Position numbers and translations under genes: made by a program. The notes below the pieces were generated by a model, which searched no databases, had not been told where the DNA came from, and was given only the letters and a program-made list of their open reading frames with translations. Positions 22,701 through 33,450 of a stretch of 64,000 nt of DNA are shown here, one piece after another; position 1 is the first letter of the stretch, and the number at the start of each line of letters is the position of its first letter. This DNA is from Geosiphon pyriformis uo1 (taxonomy: Eukaryota; Fungi; Glomeromycota): contig JAAOMT010000375.1 of NCBI GenBank assembly GCA_016748015.1, forward strand, positions 2,946-66,945, written 5' to 3'.

Positions 22701-24467
22701 CTCAACCAATGCAATAGGTCTAGTATTAGTTAGAACACTATTCCACTCATAAGATTTTGGAATCATTGAAACCCATGCTTCTTTTCACAAACTAAAAACT
22801 GCACTCACACTCAAACACAAATTCAACAATTTCAAAAGACAGGCCAACATCTTCCTACCATAATGCTTCCAAAGTTGATTAGATATCCCTGATAATCCAG
22901 CTGCTTTATCATTCGGCAGATTATCAACAACCAGAGATAATTCTTTCACACTAATTTCATTTATTATACCAGAGAAAGCATCATTATCCACATAATTTAA
23001 AGGCATATATTGTCAAGTCCAGAGGTCAGGTATTTTTGAAAAAACTGATCACTTTCTTGTCTACTCTTCCATAATTTTATCAACTTTTAGTTTTACCTTA
23101 TTAGGTTCAATTACCAGCTCATTATCTACCACTAAGTAATCCAAAACCACCTTACAAAAAGGATGTTTAAGAATGCTTTTTATCATTTTTTCTTTGTTAG
23201 AACAGAAGTTCTCTATACATTAGTCAATTGCCTTCTTTATAGCAGTATTTTCAGTGATCTTAGACTTACAATACTTGGACTTATAATACCCTTTCTTTAT
23301 TACTGACAAATGTTTAATCAACTCCATCAAGCTCACACTATTTAAAACCATGCCATTAATCTTGGAAGCTTCAACTACATCAATAGCCAACCAGACCTTG
23401 ATAAGATGGTTGAAATTCAGAAGATTACCAGAGTTCCAACAGTTCACAACCTTCACAACAAGTAGCTCCAATTTAAAGAATTTGGAAGAAAGTTTATTCT
23501 TCAAACAGTTGTATTCACTATACCAAACTCTAGAGAAAGCTGTATCAGCAGCCTGTACTATGGCTTTTTTCAATATTTTCCATATTGTGTTCAAGTCACC
23601 ATTGATTTTTGTCTTCTCAAACATATCTGACCTAGCCAACAACTTAGCAGAAAAGCAGTCTTTAAAGCTTAACCAATGAGCATTATCTGCATCCTTTAAT
23701 TTGAACTTCCACTGGTCTCGATTGGCTTGTCTGCGAATGCTAATAAAATGTGTATCTAGCAGCCAACCCAAACCAATTGAAATGAAAACTGACTTATAAT
23801 CTGTATCAAAAAATTCAGACACTCCATCGACAAAATGCAATGACACAGCAGATGCCAAGTTCCCACTAACTAAAATAAAATCAATTATTTTTTTAATCAC
23901 TTTAGAATTGCTCCAGGTGGAAGCCTTGGCCAATGAATGTTCATTAAAAGTATTAACCAGGCTCAAACCCAAACAGAATTTGAAACTTGCACTTTTGCCA
24001 GACCCATTTTCATTAAAGTTACCACCCAAAACCACAAAAGAGCTGGAGTTGACTGCCTTAGAAATCATAGAATTGATATTAGCAGCTTGCCTGAAATGTG
24101 TGCCAATGGATACACCAGCATATATTCCCAAAATCGTAACTGAAAGCTTGTTGTTGAACAGAAAGTGCACAGAAATCAAATAACCAGGAATCTCATCTAC
24201 TTTTGAAACATGTCGAGCCAAAGAATTGTTCATAATTATGGCAATCCCAGTACCACAAAACCCAACATCCAAATCAGAAGTAAAAACCTGAAGTCCATCA
24301 AATTTATTTATGATCTAAGGCCTAATGTCAAATCTTAATTTTGTCTCAGTAATAATAAAAATCATGTTACCTGAATTTTTATGCCAGCAAACAATGTCCT
24401 CTTGTTTAGCTACATTTGACATGCTCCTAATATTGCACATAGCCACTTTCCAACTGAGCTCACTTAT
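19776..24467 (-). pseudogene. LINE ORF2 (APE-RT-RNase H-Cys) with nonsense mutations
   Basis: CNIRSMSN, ITETKL, GGNFNE, IDFIL, NTRPIAL, LQDMRKAYNSV, STDGS, YLDS, CLLCGEVEFSDHVFTC. Confidence 0.9.
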
Positions 24468-26329
24468 TAATGTGAAAGACATACCAAAGAATCTGAATTC
24501 ATGCACAACAGATCCAACTTCTCCAAAATTGATTTGATAGAAACTTCAAGAGCCACCATCTTTAATTCCAGACTGCTGACTTTGGAAGTAAAAATTTTTG
24601 AACTGCTCAGACCCAAATCCACCACCTTTTCTTCTACAACTGAAGAAAAAAGGGGAAGAGATGAATATGGAATATCTAAAACCATATTGGTGTTTGAGGT
24701 TGACAATGCAGAAACAAGCACAACTGGGAGCACGACTTGGGATACAGGTGCCAAAAACATCAGCTTAGCACCATTTAACCTGTGCAAAATACTTAAAACT
24801 TGATCAGCCAGCAATTCTAAGAAATGTTTCAGCAAAGCCAAATGATAGGTCATTGAGGAGTCATCCTGAGCAACTATAGGTTTACCCTTATTAGTTGACA
24901 CACTAAGAGGAGAAGAGCCAGACTCTGAACTGAAAGTGAAACAAGAACCACCAGAAGAAGAAGCAAGCAAAACCACTTGTGCCCAAGACTTGCCACCAAA
25001 AACAGCAAGATGGAAGATAAGAACACTTTTTTTCACATACAACTTAGCTAGTTGAAGACAACGTTCTTCTGAAGAGATCCTTACTACAGGTTTCAAAGAC
25101 TTGGAGAGAAATGCAGTTGGTGTGTTACACTTCAAAGCAGAATAACTAAAGCACCCACACTTTTTACAATGAACCAAATTCATTCTAGCCCATGAAAGCT
25201 TAATATCACCAAATATTGGCTTAGTGCAAAATGCAGATTCTAAGTCCTTCTCAAATTCGAAACCAACCACAGTACAGCAGACTTGGTTACCAGACTCTAT
25301 TAACTGATTGATGACACAAGTTCTCTCACTAGTCCTGTCCAAAAGAGTGCCCAAATCATGAGCAATTATTCTCACTAATAAAGTAAACAACAAAGCCCTG
25401 AATCTATTCTTTGATGCCCAGATATCACAGTTATCTACAGCCATAGCCATGCAAACAGAATCCTTACTAATTAAAAAGGACTATTTAGTAGTCAACCATT
25501 CAGCCTAATCTAATTCAGCAAATTTCACTACAGCTTTTTGCCATAATCCAATAAGTTGAATTTTGATCAACTTAATTTTACCAAACTCAGCTAGTGCAGC
25601 GACGATCATTTCCTTAGGCGTGTTCATAGGAATTTTTTTAATGACCACAGCCCAATCTAAACGAACTCCTTGTCTCTTAAGATTACTGTTTATGTTGATC
25701 TCTTTTTCTTTGGCCAATAATGTGGCCATTTCTATGCTCTTTACTGAAGTAAAGATATATCTGATAATCCCTTCAAATTTTGAAGGAATAGTGGCCTCCC
25801 CAAAACTATTGACTGACGAAAAATTTTTCCTAATGACTTGAGTTTTAGCTGTGACAGATTTGTCTTTTACCACTAAAAGATTAATGTCCAAAGCAAATAA
25901 TTTCCTGACCGACACCTCCACAGGAGTTTTGATAATTTTTGGGTCAATCCACTTTTTTTTCAGAAAGATGGGTAAACGAGAAGAAAGAACAACCTTATTA
26001 TCTTCCATATAAAAATTGGAAGAGCTAAGTGAAGAGCCAAAACCAATATCAGTATTAACACATTTTGCCTTGGAAGTAGTAACAGCCAAGTCTGGATAAG
26101 ATTCACTATTCACACCAGTTATGCCAATATCCTCATCATTACCAGACAGACTATCTATATTAGAATACACACTATTACCAGAACTAGATTTACTCAAGGA
26201 GATATTTTTCTTATTACCAGAGTGTTTGACATTTCCAAGAACCACTTTTTTTTTTTTGAGCAAAGGAACTACCAGCAGGACCATAGAAAACACCTTTGGG
26301 TGTCTTTTTTTTAGACATATTACTGCCAA
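24467..26329 (-). pseudogene. LINE ORF1, broken
   Basis: ORF pieces 25505-26329 and 24467-25450 are homologous to 5435-7234 (VIKKIPMNT..EFGKIKLIKIQLIGLWQKAVV). Confidence 0.85.
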
Positions 26330-28399
26330 AAACAGCCTTTAAATCCATAACAAAAGGGTTATTATTTAAAGAAATGATGATATAAACTAACAAAAAAAAA
26401 TAGAAACCCTTTTTTTTCAGAAAATGTGCTTTTTGAGGATTTTTGGAAGTAAGAGAAAAAGAATTTTTTTTGGTGGTATTTTATAAAATCTTAAAGTTTC
26501 TGATAATACTAATTTTTTCTGAATAAAATTTAACTTCTTTTTTATTGACAATATAATCTAAAAAGACCAAGTTAATTTTTCTAAAATAACATTTTTTAAT
26601 GTTTAATTTAAATTTTGTTTTATGTAATTATTGAAAAACTTTTTACAAGTAAATTAAATAAGTTTTAAATAATAGTAAATAAATATCAGTATTATTTAAT
26701 TAAACAACTATTAACTTTTAAAAAAGTTCAGTATAAACAACATCTATAAGTTTTTAAAATATTGCTAGTATATTATATAATCTAAAAGCCATTATATTAA
26801 ACTTGTAATTTTTTTCTTGAATGATAAAAACTGTTTTAAAATTGTCTTTAGAATCTATTATAATTTGTTAGTATTTACTTTTTAGATTTAATATTAAAAA
26901 GTATTTAAATTTGTTAAAAACATTTAACATGTTATCAATTTATAATAAAAGATAAATATTTTTAATTATAACATTATTCAATTGGCAATAGTTGACACAA
27001 AAACGTATTTTTTTATTTTTTTTTAACAAAAACTACTAATAAAGTCTAAAAACTTATTAATAATTAAATAAGCTTATTATTAAGCATTTATTGTACTTTT
27101 TTTTGAATAAATTAGTGGCTTTTTGGTATAATTTATTATGTTTATTATTGTCTTGGTTTGGTATTACCTATATAAATTTGATGTTAGATCAAATCAGTTT
27201 TTTCCAAATTATTATTATTTTAGTAAATATGTTTGTGTATTCTATAATTAATTTTTTGAGTTGTTTTTATTGTTATAATTTTAATTGTTTTATATTAATT
27301 CGAGATAATTTTTTAATAACAACATAATAATTTTTAATATTAAAGGTTGAATTGAATTTCAGAAAAGAATATCCAATTATTTCTGTAAAGTTTAAAACTA
27401 TTTAAGATAATTTTTGCTAAAAAATATTACTGTAAATAATTCTAATTTCTAAATAATTTTTTAATATAATAAAATAATTGTTAAGATTGTAAAAAATAAT
27501 ATTAAATTTTTTGATTCTTTTTAATAAATAAATGTTTAAAATTAAAATTCTATATTCTTTAAAAATTTGTTTATTTAATTCAAAGATTTGTTGAATGATA
27601 ATAGATATTAAATAGATATATGCTTACAAATTTTTCCAAAAGATAAAAAAATAATTGTTTTTGATAATCTAAAGTTTAATAAGATTTTTTTGTATATTAA
27701 GAACTATGTTTACTAAAACTGTGAATTGTCTAATTAAACTAAAACTTTGAATTCATTTTTTACTTTTGCTGGATTTTTTTTTATTTTTAACTAATTGTAA
27801 ACTTGAAATATTAAGTAAAAATAAATAGATAGCTTAGACAATCTTTTTAATATGTTCAATTTTAAATGGTTTTTCAGTTTTATTTTGGAACATTACTGTA
27901 ATATTTTTTGTATATTTTATATCAATAATTTTTCCTCTGATGTTAATTTTTTTGCTTGCAAATAATAATTAAAAAGCAATTTGTATTATTATTTATGATA
28001 AAATTTTGAAAGCATTTTAAAGTTTTTTTAAATATTAAAGATCATATTTTGTATTAATTTTATGAGCTTTTTTTGTTTTAATTCTTTGTTCATTATTATT
28101 AAAGTATTTAAATAAGAAAGTGAATTGGCTTTCAATAAGATAAATTAAAATAATTAAAACTTTTTCTTTATTTTTTCCAAATTCAATTTTTTTTTTATCT
28201 TTAGTAAATAATAGTATGTTGAAAATATTATATTAAAAACACTATATATTATTACAGAACATGATAATTTTTTGGCAAAATTAAATGTTTATTTGTTCTA
28301 ATTACTAAATTTAATTTTTTTTGAAAAAATAAACAAGATTAAAAGTTAAATAATAGAGTTTAATTTTATTTTTGTAGTCAAATTTAACTAGTTTTATTG

Positions 28400-30265
28400 T
28401 GTATTTAATATATTTACTTTTTTTATTTAACAAATATCTTCTTTTGTTCTTCTATTAATCAGAATTATAGTTAGTTTATAGATTATTTTGACATTATGTA
28501 GATAATAATAAAATTTGTTGAATATACTATTGTATATTATAGTGAATGAGATTTTTTATTTTACTTTTTCTGGTATTTATTATTATTATAAAATAGTGCT
28601 TGTTACTATATTAATTATTATTTTTTTAAAATTATTATTATACTATATTATAATTAAATAATTTATATTAATTTTTAATTTTTTTATTAAATTTTTAAAC
28701 TATAATACTAAAAACCAATTTCCAATTATTAAAGATTTTCTAAGTAAATAGTTTTTATTTTAGTATTTAGTATTATTTTTAAGATCAAATTAGTCTTATT
28801 TAATTTTTTGTTTTATTTGTTGTCTAATTTTATTAAACTTAAATTAATTTTAAAAAACAATATTAAGTTGTTTTGTGTTAATTTTGCTTTTAAAATTTTC
28901 TTAATTACAATTATTAAAGTTTTTATTGGTGGTTTTTTTTTTAATTATACTTAAAATTACAAAAATTTTTATGATAATTACTGGTTTTTTTCTTTCTGTT
29001 TTTGTTGTATTTTATGATGTTTTTTTAGTATATTTTTTAATAATATAAAAAATGCTCTTGGTGTTTTTAATAATATTATTTTTATTAAAATAAAGTTTGC
29101 TAATTTGTAATAATATGCTGTTGTTAATTTTAAAAACTTTTTTTTTGTTATTATTCTTAATAACTAGTTTATATTAATAAAAAACAGTATTATGATCTTT
29201 TTTTTTTCTTAATTAAAATAAAAATTATTATTTTAAGAGACATATTTAAGACTAAATTAATTAATTTTTTTTTTAATTATACTGTTTTTAAAATTAGTGA
29301 TTTGATTTTTTAGATCAGTGGTTGTATTTGCTTTATTTTTTGTTTTTTTTAATTTTTATTATCATTAATATTTTGTTGTTGTGACTTTTGAATTTTATAA
29401 ATCTTTGAATCTAACTATTATAAAAACTAATACTTTATACAAATATTATATTTGATAAAAAACTCTTAAGTACTGTTATTATTATAAATATTAAAGTTTG
29501 TTTTATTTATTTGTTAATTATAAAATATTATTACCTTTTTTTTTAAGTTATTTGTTAAATCTATTGTTGGTTTTAAGTTTTTTATATTATATTTTATTAA
29601 TAGTAAATTATATGTTAAAACTTTTATTATTTGGCTCTTCTTTTTGTTTTTTTAACAGTTTTTGTTATTAATACTATTATTAAATTTAAATTGAATTTTT
29701 TGAAATTTCAAATTTTAAGTTTAATTGTTTTGATAAAATCTGTTATAGAGTTTATTGGCTCTTTGATTGCTTTGGTTATTATTTTTTTAAACACTTTTTT
29801 TGTTTTATATGTAAAGCTTAAAGATATAATATATTTGTTTTTGGTAAAACTATAAGTTAAATTTCTATAGATATAATATTAATTAAATTTGAATGTGGTT
29901 TTAATATTAATTTTATGAATAGATGTAAAGTTAATTTATCTGATAATGAATTATATACTAAATTGATTACTTTTTAGAAATATCAACTCAACTTTGTCAA
30001 ATTTAATACAAATTTAACTGCTGCTTAATTAAGTAGTTTTGTTAAAAATAGTAGTATACTGGTTGTTATTATAAATAAAATGTCTCTTTAAAGTAGATTT
30101 TTTTTTATAGATTCAATATAGTGTTGTTATAATTGGCTCAAGTAACTGGTTATATGTAGAAAGTTCATGATTCACAGTTAATTTAAGTTACTTAGTTTGA
30201 TGTATTGTACTAGATTGTGTTTGGGCCTTGCTTATATAATAAATAAATAAAAATTATAAAAAAAA
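28400..30265 (+). mobile_element. Decayed LINE-derived copy ending in a well-preserved 3' UTR and A-rich tail
   Basis: 30119-30240 aligns with the LINE 3' UTR at 12871-12990 (CTTAGTTTGATGTATTGTACTAG is identical). The left boundary is uncertain. Confidence 0.65.
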
Positions 30266-31011
30266 TATAAGTTAAAAAACATTAGATACAATAATTAAAT
30301 GATTTTAATTTTGATTATTTATTTACAGTCAAAATAAAATTTCAATGAAATAAAAAATATTGAACACAATAAGTAAATGCTTTTTAAAAATTAAATTTTT
30401 ACTTATATTTATTTATAGACAAATTTGCATACAAAATAACTTGTGCTGAAGCAAAGAAGGTAAGTGAATTTAATAAACTACTTTACTTTCTAAATTTACA
30501 CTAATAATATTCGAAACAAAGCACAGATTAAGTACTGACTTACATGATCCCAGAACAGACATTAACAAAGATAAATAAATATAAAAATTTAAATTATTCA
30601 AAACATACAAAATTTTCTGTGTTTTGACATGTGATAACTCAAAAAATGCAAATACATTCTTTTGGCTGGTTTGTTTTCTCTCGTCTCTTCTTCCTTATTT
30701 TTTCAAATTACATTACTCATTAGTGAAGAAATTCGTAGCCTAATTGATTTTTTTAACAGTTGCAGCGTTAATGAGGAAAAACCTGGATTAATTTTATATG
30801 CTAAAAAAAAGCCCATCACCATTGTATGAATTCCAATGTTGTGTTTATTTTCACATTAATTTTGAGATTTTTCAGAACAAACAAAAGTAAATAATAAGCT
30901 ATTCCTTGTTAATAATAGCATCTATTTATCATAAAATTTTTTCAATACTGACAAAGACGACGACGACTTCCACGTTTATTTATACACGCACTTTTCAGTT
31001 AAGGCGGAAGA

Positions 31012-31090
31012 GTAGTGGTAGTAGTAGAAGAAGAAGAAGAAGAAGAAGAAGAAGCAGTGTAGTAGTTGTAGTTGTAGTGTTGTGTTGGTT
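31012..31090 (+). repeat. Compound GTA/(GAA)9/GTT trinucleotide tract
   Basis: Read directly from the sequence; (GAA)9 at 31027-31053. Confidence 0.95.
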
Positions 31091-31329
31091 GCCTCAAAGA
31101 CGAAGTGAGGAAGACAAGAAGGGTAGCAAAATAAAGTTGATTTGCGGTGTTGAAAGTACCTCTTTTTAGCATCTTGATTAGTTTTAAAATAGTCTCTTCT
31201 TACTAGATATCCTCTATCTCTTTCTCAGACTCCCCTTTTTTATTTCTTCAACGTTTTTTTGCATTATCATACATACCTTGAATACTTGTTCAGTTTTTAA
31301 GAGTCTGATTTGTGTTCGAGATTACAATA

Positions 31330-32507
31330 ATGTCTTTTACAAAACGTGGATGTTTTCAATGTGGCGACGGTACGTTTCGAAGAGAAAGGTTTTTCATGTT
31401 GTTTTGTTCTTTTCAATCGTCTTGCTGTGTGAACACTCTCCAAAAAAGTTTTGGATGGTGCAAATTCTTTTCCCATATTTTTTTTGAGAGTGAATGGCTT
31501 GCATATTTATCCAACTTCTAATTCCCTTTACACTTTAATTTAGTTGGTCACTTCGCTGATTTATGCCCGGAGCGTGAACGGTTATGCTATAACTGCAAGC
31601 AACCTGGTCATGAAGCAAATTCTTGCCCACAACCCAGAACTGCGGAGGCGAAACAATGTTATTCATGTGGAGGTGGTATGTATATTTTGGTGGTCCTTTT
31701 GACAGTGGGTACACCTGAAGTCTAACTCCTGCATGCAATCGGCCCAACCTTCAAATCCAATGTACAGTTTATGCTATTACATATCATTTATAATGCTTAT
31801 CATATTTTTTGATTTCATTTGACAGTTGGACACCTTCAAGCTGACTGTTCTTCCGTTCGTGTGAATGGAAACGGTGGTGGTGGTGGTGGCGGCGGCGGTG
31901 GTGGTGGTGGTGGTGGTGGTGGTGGTGGTGGTGGTGGTGGCAATGGTCGCTGCTATAATTGTGGTCGCTTTGTGAGTACATGTTGAACCTCTTGAATTAT
32001 TTGGCTTTTATGAATATTATGAGCTAAATTAATCAACAACACAGGGTCACTTGGCTCGTAATTGTTCTGGTGCAGGATATGGTAATCGTGGTAATACGTA
32101 CAATGGTGGAAATCGTGTGATTTGTTACAAGTGTGGCGGTTTCAATCATTTCGCTAGAGATTGTCAGGCCAATGGGGTTAAATGTTATAATTGTGGCCGC
32201 TTTGGTCATATTGTGAGTATAAGTTAATTTTTTATATAAATGATTTTATTTGAAAATATTCTTATTTTCTTCCAAATTCTTTTTCTTAGTCTCGTGATTG
32301 CCCAACCACTCAAGGTCCAGTTGATAAAGCGGTCAAGACTTGTTATCGTTGCGGTGAGCGAGGTCATATTGTAAGTCGAACAAAGACATTTCTTTGAAGT
32401 TAATTTCAAAATTATAATTTGCACAATTAAAGTTAATGTGTTTTTCAATTATGTCAATCCGAAATTATTAGTCGAAGGAATGCACAAGCAGCTCCCAAAC
32501 CAGCTAG
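31330..32507 (+). CDS. GIS2: CNBP/Gis2/Byr3-family zinc-knuckle RNA-binding protein, 200 aa, 6 exons: 31330-31369, 31544-31675, 31826-31971, 32045-32212, 32290-32370, 32472-32507
   Basis: Seven CX2CX4HX4C knuckles (CFQCGDVGHFADLC to CYRCGERGHISKEC) after joining GT-AG introns; Gly-rich linker; the 603-nt CDS is in frame. Confidence 0.93.
31873..31941 (+). repeat. (GGT/GGC)23 coding repeat (poly-Gly)
   Basis: Read directly; in frame in exon 3 of GIS2. Confidence 0.95.
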
Positions 32508-33450
32508 ATCACCCCAAAAGCACTGCGGCAAAAATAGATTGATCAAAATTTTCATTTGAATAGTATGTATATATTATCATTGTGTCCACTCCTGAAAGCA
32601 AAGGACGAATCTTGGTCAATTAATCTGCTCCCACAAACCGCTTGGAAATTTTTATCAGCGCTTACTTTTATAATATTATCTTATGTTTCTCCTTTCTCAT
32701 CATTCACCTCTTAAATGATTTTTAGCCTTTTCTTTCCCAATATCAACACCATCTTAACCAAGTCAACAAACTTGATATTTGGCCCCTTTTTGTTAGACCA
32801 AAAAATTAACTTCATTTGATTTAGTAAAGAAAAGTCTTAAATCAAAGATCGATTCCTAAATCTTGAATCTAGAAGAGTGAGATATTCCATGGGATTTGGT
32901 TTTCGATTCAATTCGCATTTTTTTAGAACCATCATCATTCATTATTAATTTTAATATCAAATATTATATATGTATAGAAGTTGAATTTGAGTATAATAAA
33001 TATAAGAAAAAATCAATTCCAATTTTTTTTGCAAATAAAAAAAGCAAAAAAGGAAATGTTGTAATTGTTAATAAGCCTAAACTGTTTTCTATTATAAAGG
33101 TATAACAGTATTGAAAAATATTGTTCATAATAAAAATACTTGATAATTGTTTTTGTGTTTATTAAATCAATTAATTTAATTTTAAAATAAATATCTTGTT
33201 ATAATTTTTTTAAAAAATAAACTACTTTTCACAATGTTAAAAAACATTTAATGTAAATCGAGATTTTAAAATTTTTTAAAATTTAACTTTCCATTACGGT
33301 ATAGAAAAGAGGTGATGTCTCCAGATCAAAACAAAATTTCCGTGTATGATGATAGAGATACTGGGCTCAACAAAATTATGTCTCGTTCAACACACTCTTT
33401 AATCTTCTCATGATTTTAAGATCTCCTTTAGTTTCTGAATTCTCCAACTG

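Larger units (their letters stand above)
19640..26468 (-). mobile_element. Second full-length LINE of the same lineage, inactivated
   Basis: Poly(T) at 19640-19649, homologous 3' UTR and 5' end, and a candidate TSD TTT(A/G)GTGGTATTTT at 19630-19643 and 26469-26482. Confidence 0.92.

Noticed and set aside
26490-28400. Short K/I/L/F/N-rich ORFs here and in other AT-rich tracts (e.g. 27091, 44103, 47844)
   Set aside because: Expected by chance in AT-converted TE debris; no motifs, and the origin of this tract could not be assigned.
30906-31169. Arg/Val-run ORF upstream of GIS2
   Set aside because: TTG start and composition dictated by the trinucleotide tract; no coding evidence.
31784-31981. 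Poly-His ORF on the minus strand
   Set aside because: Antisense shadow of the GIS2 (GGT)n poly-Gly exon.
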